This document shows positions 17,957 through 26,692 of a DNA stretch of 64,000 nt, in pieces. The stretch covers positions 1-64,000 of the IMG/VR virus record IMGVR_UViG_3300049489_000400; one strand, given 5' to 3'. Position numbers and translations under genes: made by a program. Position 1 is the first letter of the stretch. Each line of letters starts with the position of its first letter. The DNA is from a virus. The notes below the pieces were generated by a model. The model was not told where the DNA came from, ran no database searches, and was given only the letters and a program-made list of their open reading frames with translations.

Positions 17957-18349
17957 CTAAATGTATTGTTTAAGAACTTCTAATGCATCATCTGGCGTAT
18001 CGTACTGGCCCAGATAAATTCTTTTACCTAACCTTGTAATCTGAACTCGGAATAGTAAACGCTCTTTATCAAAATATACACCCTTCAAACCCTTACAAAT
18101 TTGAGTGCATTTAGTTATGTAAAGAGGCAGATTTCTGTAACGAAGATGCTTGATTTTTTCGTAGGTACTTTTACGCTCGAAAAATTTATGATAACGAATT
18201 GCTGCTTGTAACTTATCAGCATAATATTTCGCTTTGGCTTCGTAAACCTTGTCGCCAGTTTGTTTGTAAACTGTTTCGCATAAATGCTTGTCGTTCTGAA
18301 GTGAGTGAATCGTCTCTTCAATACTTTCGGTGATGATCAAGAATGCCAT
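17957..18349 (-). CDS. AP2-domain DNA-binding protein
   Basis: 'KGVYFDK...FRVQITRLGKRIYLGQYDTPDDA'. Confidence 0.75.
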   Translation of the reverse strand: MAFLIITESIEETIHSLQNDKHLCETVYKQTGDKVYEAKAKYYADKLQAAIRYHKFFERKSTYEKIKHLRYRNLPLYITKCTQICKGLKGVYFDKERLLFRVQITRLGKRIYLGQYDTPDDALEVLKQYI

Positions 18350-18351
18350 GC

Positions 18352-18510
18352 TTATCGGTTTAAAAAGTCCTTAATTTGTTTTACAGACAGTCCGTTGACT
18401 TTCTCTTCTAAAGATTCTCTTGAACCCTTAAATTCCATTCCGTAGAATTGTAAAATGTCTTCTACTTTCTTTCGACTCCCTAGATGGGTCTTGATTAGAT
18501 TTTGTTTCAT
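18352..18510 (-). CDS. Hypothetical protein (52 aa)
   Basis: Hand translation MKQNLIKTHLGSRKKVEDILQFYG...IKDFLNR; fills the gap. Confidence 0.6.
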   Translation of the reverse strand: MKQNLIKTHLGSRKKVEDILQFYGMEFKGSRESLEEKVNGLSVKQIKDFLNR

Positions 18511-18514
18511 CTTA

Positions 18515-18814
18515 TTATTTGTTTATGGTTTTACATTTTTCAAAATGACTTCCGCAAGGCTCACAATCGGGAAACTTATCGCAACGCTTAATGCAGATTC
18601 CTTTCTCATCCTTTTTAAAGGTCTGTAACGCTTCGTACAGTTCACCTTCTAGCATTCGGACTACCATCGGTCTTGAACCTGGGTCTGCGTCTTGCTCTAG
18701 CCAGTGTTCGATAAATAGGTCAATCTGGTCTTCCTGAAGTGCATACTTTGCAGCTGGAGTCCATACTCCAAACTTTCCTTCTGCTATTATCTGAGTGAAT
18801 TCCTTCTTAGTCAT
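18515..18814 (-). CDS. Hypothetical protein with C-terminal Cys cluster
   Basis: ORF track. Confidence 0.65.
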   Translation of the reverse strand: MTKKEFTQIIAEGKFGVWTPAAKYALQEDQIDLFIEHWLEQDADPGSRPMVVRMLEGELYEALQTFKKDEKGICIKRCDKFPDCEPCGSHFEKCKTINK

Positions 18815-18824
18815 CTTGTAAGAT

Positions 18825-19448
18825 TTAACTTTGTTTTGTTTTCTCTAATGAAATTTGAGAATTTAGAAACATGCTTTTCAGCAACTTATTTTCCTCCTCT
18901 AGCTCAGCATTCCTGTTTTCAAGTTCTATTACTTTCAACGATAATGAATTCAAAGTGTCAACGATTTCTCTTTTGTAATTAATTTCGTCTTTCTTTTCAT
19001 TTATTTCTTGCTTTGTTTCTTTAACTACTTCGTCAGGCTCTATTTCTACAAGTTCACCCAATTCACCTCTTCTATACTGGTCAGCCCAAGAATAAATAGC
19101 ACCTGTCGATGCACCGAACTTTTCAGAAGCAATATGTATGCCGTATTTCTGATATGTCTTTACTGCTCTTATCTTGGTTTCTGTAAGGAATCTTTTAACT
19201 CCTTTAGTTTTTTCAAAACTTTGGACATGCGTTTCTGAATCCACATCCTTCAACTTTTTATAAAATCCATGCTTGACTCTTTCTACATACCCTTCACTAA
19301 TCAAAAAATCTACATAATTTTCTGCTGTTTTGTAAGGCATTTCTAAAAGTTCAGCCAAAGCTATCAAATCCTGTTTAGTAAAATCTTCTGATAAATTCTT
19401 TAAAAGACCCATCGCTGATTTTCTCCTGATTGAATTTCTATTTTTCAT
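18825..19448 (-). CDS. Winged-helix + HTH + coiled-coil DNA-binding protein (early regulator candidate)
   Basis: 'LAELLEMPYKTAENYVDFLISEGYVERVKHGFY' and 'ASEKFGASTGAIYSW'. Confidence 0.65.
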   Translation of the reverse strand: MKNRNSIRRKSAMGLLKNLSEDFTKQDLIALAELLEMPYKTAENYVDFLISEGYVERVKHGFYKKLKDVDSETHVQSFEKTKGVKRFLTETKIRAVKTYQKYGIHIASEKFGASTGAIYSWADQYRRGELGELVEIEPDEVVKETKQEINEKKDEINYKREIVDTLNSLSLKVIELENRNAELEEENKLLKSMFLNSQISLEKTKQS

Positions 19449-19453
19449 AATCC

Positions 19454-19606
19454 TTAGTTTTCTTCATTAGTTACTCGTTTTACTCCAGCGTCATCGATAG
19501 CTTGCTTTAAATCGCTTGCTAATTTGATGCCTTGATTGAAAGTTAGTCCTGAAATATCATATCCTAACTTTTCTAATGCTTCGAAAATTATTACTAAATC
19601 TTTCAT
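19454..19606 (-). CDS. Hypothetical early protein (50 aa)
   Basis: Start re-set to ATG 19606; the track's 5' extension overlaps promoter P4. Confidence 0.65.
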   Translation of the reverse strand: MKDLVIIFEALEKLGYDISGLTFNQGIKLASDLKQAIDDAGVKRVTNEEN

Positions 19607-19636
19607 CTTATTTCGTTTTACAATTAATTCTGAATA

Positions 19637-19697
19637 CGAAGGTCTATGTTTATTTTTATATAGCAATGAAAAAATTCAAATATTTTACAAAATAATT
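19637..19697 (-). promoter_or_regulatory. Class A promoter P4
   Basis: ATTG(19667-19664)-N19-GACCTTCG(19644-19637), followed by TATTCAGAATTAATT as in P1/P2. Confidence 0.8.
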
Positions 19698-19721
19698 TAC
19701 AAAGTCCTATTTTTGTACAAT

Positions 19722-19754
19722 AAAAAAGGACACCTCGCATATGTGATGTCCTTT
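19722..19754 (-). terminator. Intrinsic terminator
   Basis: AAAGGACA...TGTCCTTT hairpin plus T tract. Confidence 0.7.
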
Positions 19755-19800
19755 CCTTTTTATCCATGCTATTGTATGTCGGTCAACTTTTCTTATCAGC

Positions 19801-20175
19801 TTATTCCTTACATGAGTACGTATATACAATTGACCTCGCCTTGGGCTGACCTTCCCATAGAGACATTCGACTTTTGTTCCAACTGGTCGAAGTCTTTTTA
19901 TTGTCGATAATCATGGGAGGATTCTCGCAACAGTTATCAGCTGGGTTAAAAATATGTGCTTTTGTTTCGTTGATAAAGATGAGAGCACTAGAATCTAATT
20001 TGCCGAAACATAATCTTTTTCGGCTCGGAAAATCCGTGTTAAAATGCAGAGGAACAGCCAAGGCAGCATCTTCAAATCGCCAAGGGTGTTTATCTCCGTC
20101 AGGAAGCACTTGAGCATGCGTAACGGTCGCAGCAAAAGCAATAAACACGGAACATATGACTCTAGTTACTCTCAT
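19801..20175 (-). CDS. Secreted hypothetical protein
   Basis: Signal peptide ending ATVTHA-Q. Confidence 0.6.
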   Translation of the reverse strand: MRVTRVICSVFIAFAATVTHAQVLPDGDKHPWRFEDAALAVPLHFNTDFPSRKRLCFGKLDSSALIFINETKAHIFNPADNCCENPPMIIDNKKTSTSWNKSRMSLWEGQPKARSIVYTYSCKE

Positions 20176-20205
20176 CCTTTTCTAGCTAGACTTTTTCTAA
20201 CTTTG

Positions 20206-20616
20206 TTAATTGTTTTTAAATTGTTCAATATCTATTTTCATTTTGTCGATACTGATGCCTAGATTTCTTTGTCGCAGAACTTCTTGACCTAATCTCTTAA
20301 AATCATATTCACCCTTGATGTCTTCATCATATTCAGGAACATCGATTTCACCTAATAAGTCTTCAATATATTTTTTAGGAACCCAAATAGGAAATAAGTA
20401 ATGCTGTATCATATATCCATCGAAACATTCATTACCAACGCCTTCTGAAAATGCTTCTTCATGACTGGCAATTTTCATCACAAATGCTGCAACTGCATCG
20501 ACTCTAAAAATCTTACCTTCTTTCAATTTCTCTGAATACAAGTCAACCCTAAATTCTTTCATCTTCTCTTTATCATTCAATAATTCTCTTATTGAAGATA
20601 TTGTCAATTTTTCCAT
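20206..20616 (-). CDS. Hypothetical protein
   Basis: ORF track. Confidence 0.65.
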   Translation of the reverse strand: MEKLTISSIRELLNDKEKMKEFRVDLYSEKLKEGKIFRVDAVAAFVMKIASHEEAFSEGVGNECFDGYMIQHYLFPIWVPKKYIEDLLGEIDVPEYDEDIKGEYDFKRLGQEVLRQRNLGISIDKMKIDIEQFKNN

Positions 20617-20627
20617 ATTATTTGATT

Positions 20628-20795
20628 TTAAAATTTACTCTTGTATTCGACAGCGTACACGAACAATATCGTTGCAAATATGTCTCCATTTGACGGCTCA
20701 ACTTGATTCCATAGGTACTCGTAACCTACCTTTCCAACAAATACTGTAAACATTAACAGCACGATAATTTTCCAAACTAATACGATATTACTCAT
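20628..20795 (-). CDS. Small two-helix membrane protein
   Basis: Start re-set to ATG 20795 (MSNIVLVW). Confidence 0.55.
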   Translation of the reverse strand: MSNIVLVWKIIVLLMFTVFVGKVGYEYLWNQVEPSNGDIFATILFVYAVEYKSKF

Positions 20796-21255
20796 GACCT
20801 TCGATTTCTTTACGTAACTCTGATAGAATGTTAGGCAGCATAAGTTTTTCATTGAACGACATTTCGTCATATTCTCTTCTTGACTTCATCGCTGCTTCGT
20901 AAACTCTAGTGATATCCATATTGGCATTATTGTGTTTTCGCCTGATTTCCTCCACTTCCTCGTCTGACTTACCTTCTTTTATCGCTTGGATTATTTCTTT
21001 GTGTCCTACTCCGTAAATCTGACCTGTCGCATTCTCAAGATGCACGACAAGACCTTTCACGTGAGATTTAAGATTCTGTTTGAATAATCCTTCTTGCTCA
21101 AGTGATTCTAAATCTTCAAATAAGGCTTGAGCATTAATCATTACATTACATAACCTACTTACTTGGTCTTTGTAAATGAAGTTCTTTTTATCTAGCATTC
21201 TGTTGGGTATTAACAGGACAAAATCCGTAACTTTTAATGAATCTGATTTGAGCAT
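20788..21255 (-). CDS. Hypothetical protein
   Basis: ORF track. Confidence 0.65.
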   Translation of the reverse strand: MLKSDSLKVTDFVLLIPNRMLDKKNFIYKDQVSRLCNVMINAQALFEDLESLEQEGLFKQNLKSHVKGLVVHLENATGQIYGVGHKEIIQAIKEGKSDEEVEEIRRKHNNANMDITRVYEAAMKSRREYDEMSFNEKLMLPNILSELRKEIEGHE

Positions 21256-21739
21256 TTAAACCGAACATATCATCAATCTTTTTGTCGATGACTTGTTTAG
21301 CTTCAGCGAATGCATTATCTAATCCTTCATCCGTAACTCCGTGAATGAAATGTATTCTGTATCTGTCCTCTTCATCAATAGCATATCGGTACTGGTACTC
21401 CTTTTGATCACGTACAATTTCGGTATCTATTTGATGAGTGTCTTTGTAAAGGTAAATGTTGATACCCTTCGACATTACTTTCTGAAGATGGTTCTGTATC
21501 ATCACTATGAAAGAGTTCATGATGTAATCGTCATACCCTTCTTTCATTTCTAACATCTCAAGCGGTGTTCGGTAGTGATATCTTTTATCGAGCAACTTGA
21601 TAATTTTTGTTTCGACAACGCTCATATCTACAGATGAACCTCCTTCAGCCATTAATGAAACTGAATTCATAGCAGCTTGAGTTATTATCTTTATTTCGGG
21701 AACTCCTTGCGGAACTCTTCTCATTTCACCCCTTTTCAT
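21188..21739 (-). CDS. Hypothetical protein
   Basis: ORF track. Confidence 0.65.
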   Translation of the reverse strand: MKRGEMRRVPQGVPEIKIITQAAMNSVSLMAEGGSSVDMSVVETKIIKLLDKRYHYRTPLEMLEMKEGYDDYIMNSFIVMIQNHLQKVMSKGINIYLYKDTHQIDTEIVRDQKEYQYRYAIDEEDRYRIHFIHGVTDEGLDNAFAEAKQVIDKKIDDMFGLNAQIRFIKSYGFCPVNTQQNAR

Positions 21740-22016
21740 ACTCTCTGATTATTTCTTCCAACTCTTCGATTTCTTTCTTGATAGCTTCTATAATCTTGCG
21801 ATTGATTCCTCTCATAGCGTATTTGTGCTTCATTTGTAATGTAGCAAAACCTTTATTGTCTTCAAAACGCTTATGCTGGTAGCTTAAAGATATTTTTACA
21901 AGTTCACGCTTGTGATTTACATCGTCTGCGAATTTGAGGAACTGTTTTAATTCATTCAGTTCCTCCCTTTTGTAATTCGCCATGTATTCATTGTGAGTAG
22001 TTTGATTTTCAGACAT
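21726..22016 (-). CDS. Hypothetical protein
   Basis: ORF track. Confidence 0.65.
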   Translation of the reverse strand: MSENQTTHNEYMANYKREELNELKQFLKFADDVNHKRELVKISLSYQHKRFEDNKGFATLQMKHKYAMRGINRKIIEAIKKEIEELEEIIREYEKG

Positions 22017-22017
22017 A

Positions 22018-22248
22018 CTATCTTTCTAAATACATAAACCAAAGAATGATTCTAGCCACTCCTACTGAAGCAAAGAACCCTAGAATCAAGAATGCTAAAA
22101 GAACCTTGAATCCACCCTCTCTTCTGTTCGCTTCCCAGCGTGTCTCATCGTGATAGATTCTTGACGGCTTAATCATCTTCATTAGAATCACCCATAAGAT
22201 GAAAACTAACAAAGTGATAACGATAAATGTGATAGTCCAAGTTCTCAT
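22018..22248 (-). CDS. Two-TM membrane protein
   Basis: Two hydrophobic segments. Confidence 0.65.
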   Translation of the reverse strand: MRTWTITFIVITLLVFILWVILMKMIKPSRIYHDETRWEANRREGGFKVLLAFLILGFFASVGVARIILWFMYLER

Positions 22249-22251
22249 AGC

Positions 22252-22506
22252 TTATCCGATTGATGCAACTTGTTCGGCAATCTGTCTGATTGTCATTTGA
22301 TTCCAATCCTCAGCCATCGTGTCTGGGATACCAATATTGAACTCCTTTTCGACTTCCATACAAACCTCAACGCAGTCAAGACTATCTAAACCGTAGTCAT
22401 CATGCATCTTTTTGTTCTCTACATCGATTTCTTCTGAACCGATTCCGAATTTTTCGTCAAACATTCTAATCAAGAACAACTCGACATTCTCTTTCGTATT
22501 TTTCAT
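22252..22506 (-). CDS. acpP: Acyl carrier protein
   Basis: DYGLDSLDCVEVCMEVEKEFNIGIPD: phosphopantetheine Ser motif; 84 aa, acidic. Confidence 0.88.
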   Translation of the reverse strand: MKNTKENVELFLIRMFDEKFGIGSEEIDVENKKMHDDYGLDSLDCVEVCMEVEKEFNIGIPDTMAEDWNQMTIRQIAEQVASIG

Positions 22507-22527
22507 TTATGTTGATTTGATAATTAA

Positions 22528-22767
22528 TTACATTTTATCTACATCGATGCTTCTGATTATTCTCAGTCTGATTCCGTAGAAATTGTAAGTCAGATTTGTT
22601 TTAGGCTCTGACGAAAGTACGTGACCAGTAGTCATTACCTTGTTGAACTCTTCAATGATTTCTGTCCACTCGTCATGCGTAACTACCAGTAAACCTTCTG
22701 TCGTGTAATTTCGACAATCATTCTTTGTCTCAGCAATCAGGTTATTTATCGTATCTAAAATATTCAT
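22528..22767 (-). CDS. Hypothetical protein
   Basis: ORF track. Confidence 0.6.
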   Translation of the reverse strand: MNILDTINNLIAETKNDCRNYTTEGLLVVTHDEWTEIIEEFNKVMTTGHVLSSEPKTNLTYNFYGIRLRIIRSIDVDKM

Positions 22768-23912
22768 TACTTTTTAGATTTGTATTTGTAGTTATCCTTA
22801 ACTTTGTCCTTTTCCTCTACTGCTGCTTTATTATTGACCGCTGCTTTCATCCCCATCGCTTTCTCCTTTTTCCTAGCTATTTTTTCAAGCATCTCTTGTT
22901 TGATTCTTTCGGCTCTGGAAAGGTCTTTCTCATCCTTGTTCTCTTCAACAATGATAGCATCTTCGATTTCTTCATCACGCTTCTGCGCTTCACGTTTGAT
23001 TCTTTCAAAGTCGTAATTCATCTGACTAGGATAAACCACCTCAGTAGAATTAGCGGCATCCTCATCGAAAGTTCCTAGCACATTGGAAAACTTATTGTAA
23101 AATGAGTTATTTAATGAGTAGATTAACTTTACTGGGCTAATCCCCATTCTGGCTGCAACACGACCTAAAATTATCTCTTTTAGATTTAAAGATTTGTAAA
23201 CCTCTTCACGCAAATGCATATGTACATTCGCTTCGTAACTTACATCTACTTTACCATTAATCGTCAACCTGTCTCCTTCTGCTTCTTTTCGGATATGGTC
23301 CAGAGTTGATAATAACAGCTTGTAATCTTCACGTGCGTTCGTGTCGATGTATTTGTCTTTCTGACGTCCGTACAAATAAACTAACTCTTCAAGCCTGCTT
23401 CGTTTTACACCTAGTCGAATGTCTGAATACGATGCCTTGAAGATTTCGATTCTCTTCTCAATCTCTTCTCTGTTGTCTGTCCTGAAACGCTTAACAGTAT
23501 CTTTAGAAACAGGTATGCCCCATTCCTTGTTAACTATCTTTAGGATTTCGTCTACATTAAACATGCGTCCGAATAACTCTACAAGTTCCGTACGTCTGTC
23601 TGATAGCAAGCTGTTAGTTCCTTTTGCGTTAGCACCTCCTTGAGGCTTACCAAATGCCTTTCTTTTGACGGCAGTCAGCTTATTCTGAAGCTTGTAATAG
23701 ATTTGCTTTTTCGTCAAAATGCTATTCTGTTCTTCGACAGGCAAGTGCTCGACTAACTTAGTTATTAAGTGCGGGAATAATGCTAAATTAACCTCTGTTC
23801 CGTCTGAGGCTATCATTATCTTTTTGCTATTTAATATAGGGTTGACAGATAATTTCAAATACTCTTTGTACGCTTCTTTATCAACCACTCCTTCTGGGAC
23901 ATTCTCTTCCAT
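22767..23912 (-). CDS. DUF2280-like HTH protein, candidate terminase small subunit
   Basis: 'EILKIVNKEWGIPVSKDTVKRF...IRLGVKRSRLEEL...LDHIRKEAEG' resembles DUF2280. Confidence 0.5.
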   Translation of the reverse strand: MEENVPEGVVDKEAYKEYLKLSVNPILNSKKIMIASDGTEVNLALFPHLITKLVEHLPVEEQNSILTKKQIYYKLQNKLTAVKRKAFGKPQGGANAKGTNSLLSDRRTELVELFGRMFNVDEILKIVNKEWGIPVSKDTVKRFRTDNREEIEKRIEIFKASYSDIRLGVKRSRLEELVYLYGRQKDKYIDTNAREDYKLLLSTLDHIRKEAEGDRLTINGKVDVSYEANVHMHLREEVYKSLNLKEIILGRVAARMGISPVKLIYSLNNSFYNKFSNVLGTFDEDAANSTEVVYPSQMNYDFERIKREAQKRDEEIEDAIIVEENKDEKDLSRAERIKQEMLEKIARKKEKAMGMKAAVNNKAAVEEKDKVKDNYKYKSKK

Positions 23913-24012
23913 AATTAACTACTTCACAAACATAATTGGACTTGTTGATAATAATACTTGTTGCTTATGAACCTATCATAGGAACGGATATGAAATTATT
24001 GCTATGTTGCTT

Positions 24013-24363
24013 CTACTTTAAAATCAACAGATAAACAGACAATACAAATAATATTCCTAATCCTATCATAATTAAGACAAATGTTCTAAACAGCTTATCT
24101 CTTTTAAATTCAATCGGCTCGTCTAAGTCGAATTCAAAACTATCTTCTTCCAACGCTTCTAATTTCTTTTCGTTATTTACAGCGTCTCTGATTCTGTCTC
24201 CCATTACAGATTGGAATCCATTTCTACAACAGAAAGGTCTTTTAGGATCAAATTTACATTTAGATTCACAATTTTCATCCTCTTCATTATTCTTGCAACC
24301 TCCGTAAACTCCGAACCAATCTGCTAATTGTTCGACAAGGTCATCTACAGTTTCTATTTCCAT
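24013..24363 (-). CDS. Cys-rich protein with C-terminal TM anchor
   Basis: ORF track. Confidence 0.6.
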   Translation of the reverse strand: MEIETVDDLVEQLADWFGVYGGCKNNEEDENCESKCKFDPKRPFCCRNGFQSVMGDRIRDAVNNEKKLEALEEDSFEFDLDEPIEFKRDKLFRTFVLIMIGLGILFVLSVYLLILK

Positions 24364-24366
24364 TCG

Positions 24367-24651
24367 CTATCTCTTTTTACGTTTAGAAATTATTTGAGTT
24401 ATGGCAATCTTTCCTATCTCTACTTGTTCGTATTTTGGAGTATAAATAAAGTCTTGTATGAAATAGTTAAATGTCGACCTAATATTTTTACAAGGTCTCA
24501 CCTGGAACATATACTCACCTGACACTACCTTAATTATTTCTCCAAGTCCTTGACGTTCTCCTAAACTATCAATCAAAGGTATTTTGTAAGATGTAATCAT
24601 ACTTTCTTTTACTTCTCCTTCAATTTCTAAAATAAACAAATCATTACTCAT
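24367..24651 (-). CDS. Hypothetical protein
   Basis: ORF track. Confidence 0.6.
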   Translation of the reverse strand: MSNDLFILEIEGEVKESMITSYKIPLIDSLGERQGLGEIIKVVSGEYMFQVRPCKNIRSTFNYFIQDFIYTPKYEQVEIGKIAITQIISKRKKR

Positions 24652-24654
24652 ATT

Positions 24655-25053
24655 TTAGCTTCTTGGGTAAGTAATGTCGTTAATCATATCATCGTCTCCA
24701 AGTCCGTTCTCTTCCATGAATTTGATTTTATTCAAATCATCTTGTAACCATTCCTTAACAACTTCTGGAACGTCTTCTCTTGGGATTAATCGGTTGTAAT
24801 AACCTCTTATTAACAATCCTCTGCTTTCAACCGCTTTACCTTCATAGTGTTGCTTTTGTCTCTCAAGGATTACATTAACATCTTTGATACTGATCAGCGT
24901 ATCTTCTGCTCCTTTTCTACCTTTAACTTCAGCGTGTAATGCTTCGTTATTGTCAAGGTATTCTTGTAGAAATTTATTTGTTTCCATACTTATCCTTTCT
25001 TTCTTTTGCTCTTCTTTCTCTTCTGTTTGATTTTCCGTCATTTGTCTTCCCAT
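24655..25053 (-). CDS. Hypothetical protein
   Basis: ORF track; start uncertain. Confidence 0.6.
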   Translation of the reverse strand: MGRQMTENQTEEKEEQKKERISMETNKFLQEYLDNNEALHAEVKGRKGAEDTLISIKDVNVILERQKQHYEGKAVESRGLLIRGYYNRLIPREDVPEVVKEWLQDDLNKIKFMEENGLGDDDMINDITYPRS

Positions 25054-25528
25054 AACCGTTTGAATGAATAAGAACAGTATTAGGATTTGGGTCTGGCAGA
25101 CTCGCTTTAATTCCTTGTTCTTTTATTTCTTCAGGGTCACCTACAATCAGGATTTTCTTTCCATGATCTTTCATCATAGCAATAATAGCTTCTTTTGTTG
25201 AACAAGTTGTTCCATGTCCTACGTGACCTATTATTCTTATTTTTGGCCCAAGAGTTTGTCTGTTCAGGTTGTCTTCGTATTCTCTCATTCGCTGATTAAT
25301 CGCTTCAGCAACCCATCTTCCTAATTCGTCTTGAAATAAAGCAGCTTTGTCTAGGTCTAATGATCCATCTTCTTTTTTGTAAAGATATTGTATTGAACCC
25401 CATCCTCTCATGTCGAGAATCATCTGGTCGCCTTCTTTCTCGTTTCTTGCGAATACAGAACCGCATCCCTCATCGTACCAAACTTCTTTTCCTAAGAATC
25501 TGACGATGTCGATTTCATCAATCTTCAT
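24974..25528 (-). CDS. Hypothetical protein
   Basis: ORF track; 'DMRGWGSIQY...FQDELGRWVAEAINQ' block. Confidence 0.65.
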   Translation of the reverse strand: MKIDEIDIVRFLGKEVWYDEGCGSVFARNEKEGDQMILDMRGWGSIQYLYKKEDGSLDLDKAALFQDELGRWVAEAINQRMREYEDNLNRQTLGPKIRIIGHVGHGTTCSTKEAIIAMMKDHGKKILIVGDPEEIKEQGIKASLPDPNPNTVLIHSNGYGKTNDGKSNRRERRAKERKDKYGNK

Positions 25529-25901
25529 TATTTATAATTTTTAGATTGTTTTTAAGATTCTCAAATTCTTCAAGCCATTCTTTCATCGGCTCTACTCCTG
25601 CATTTTTGTATCTTTCAATACATTCTCCTAATTCCTTGAATCTCTGTTCGTCTGCTAGCCATTTCGGTTTAATTCCGATAGGTGGTCTCATAGTATGATT
25701 GTCGAACAATCCTTTCTCTACAAGTTTTTCTTCAGTAACATTACTAGCATACGCTGTAGATAGTCCTGAACAACTAGTCACCTTAAATTTCTTTCTGTTT
25801 GTTTTCAGATTCTTTTTACCTTGTAAAAGGTAATTTTTATATCCGAATGTAAAGACAAGAATATCTTCCCATCTAGTCCAATTACTGCTGAATATTCTCA
25901 T
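25518..25901 (-). CDS. Hypothetical protein
   Basis: ORF track. Confidence 0.65.
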   Translation of the reverse strand: MRIFSSNWTRWEDILVFTFGYKNYLLQGKKNLKTNRKKFKVTSCSGLSTAYASNVTEEKLVEKGLFDNHTMRPPIGIKPKWLADEQRFKELGECIERYKNAGVEPMKEWLEEFENLKNNLKIINNED

Positions 25902-26415
25902 TTTCCTTTATTTCTTGTTTGTAACCTTTAGCATAAACACCTCCTGATAAACCAAGCTGTCTCTTCATCCTGTCGTATCTAGTCCAATAAACAACTTCAA
26001 AACCTCCTTTGTAGTAATTATTCAAGAACCTGATCAACTTATCAGCATCGTCAGATTTGAATTTCATTGGACCAGTATAATCTCCAGAATCGTGATAATC
26101 TTCTATACTAAAGAACTTGTTTGAATTTCCGTATTGTATTAAGAACCACCCCTGTCTTATTCTAACCTTTTTCCATTTAAAATTAGAATCAAAATATTGT
26201 TTAACTTTCGGGTGTCTTTCTCTTTTCTTTTCCTCCATATACCGTTTGAAGTCTTTTCTGTAGAATCCGTACTCAAACATAATCCAAAGCGTCACGAAAT
26301 GCTTTGAAAGAAAATCCATAATCTTGCCGAATATGTAAAACGATAGTATTAACATTCCGACAACAAGACATAAGTAGAAAACTGTTATTCCTACATACTG
26401 GTAAATCATCTCCAT
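25882..26415 (-). CDS. Membrane-anchored hypothetical protein
   Basis: Start re-set to ATG 26415 (MEMIYQY); the track's extension crosses a terminator. Confidence 0.6.
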   Translation of the reverse strand: MEMIYQYVGITVFYLCLVVGMLILSFYIFGKIMDFLSKHFVTLWIMFEYGFYRKDFKRYMEEKKRERHPKVKQYFDSNFKWKKVRIRQGWFLIQYGNSNKFFSIEDYHDSGDYTGPMKFKSDDADKLIRFLNNYYKGGFEVVYWTRYDRMKRQLGLSGGVYAKGYKQEIKENENIQQ

Positions 26416-26444
26416 TTTTATCTTTTTAGATAGTAACGTTGTAT

Positions 26445-26474
26445 AAAAAAGAAACACCCCTACCAGAGGGGTGT
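26445..26474 (-). terminator. Intrinsic terminator
   Basis: ACACCCCT-N5-AGGGGTGT plus TTCTTTTTT. Confidence 0.8.
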
Positions 26475-26515
26475 CACCAACCATAAACTTCAATAATGTA
26501 AAAAGAGAAACAAAA

Positions 26516-26686
26516 TTAGACTTTAATTAACTTTGTAGATTTTATGTATCCAAGTTTTCTCGCTTTCTTTTTTGCTCTTTTCAGACTTTTAGCCTAAACG
26601 TAACCTTTTCCGAATCCGTATGGTCTCAGACCTTTCTCAAATTTAATACGAATTAGCTCACGAGACTCAGTTTCACTCCAATCCAT
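26516..26686 (-). pseudogene. Small basic ORF interrupted by one in-frame TAG
   Basis: MDWSETESRELIRIKFEKGLRPYGFGKGYV*AKSLKRAKKKARKLGYIKSTKLIKV; TAG at 26594-26596. Confidence 0.5.
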
Positions 26687-26692
26687 AGCACT

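Noticed and set aside
13045-18349. Homing endonucleases (NUMOD1-like and AP2 ORFs)
   Set aside because: Only DNA-binding modules are recognisable; no HNH or GIY-YIG motif
19607-19666. ORF-track 5' extensions (also 1981-2001, 3977-4012, 20796-20870, 26416-26493)
   Set aside because: They overlap promoters, terminators or upstream genes; downstream ATGs fit better
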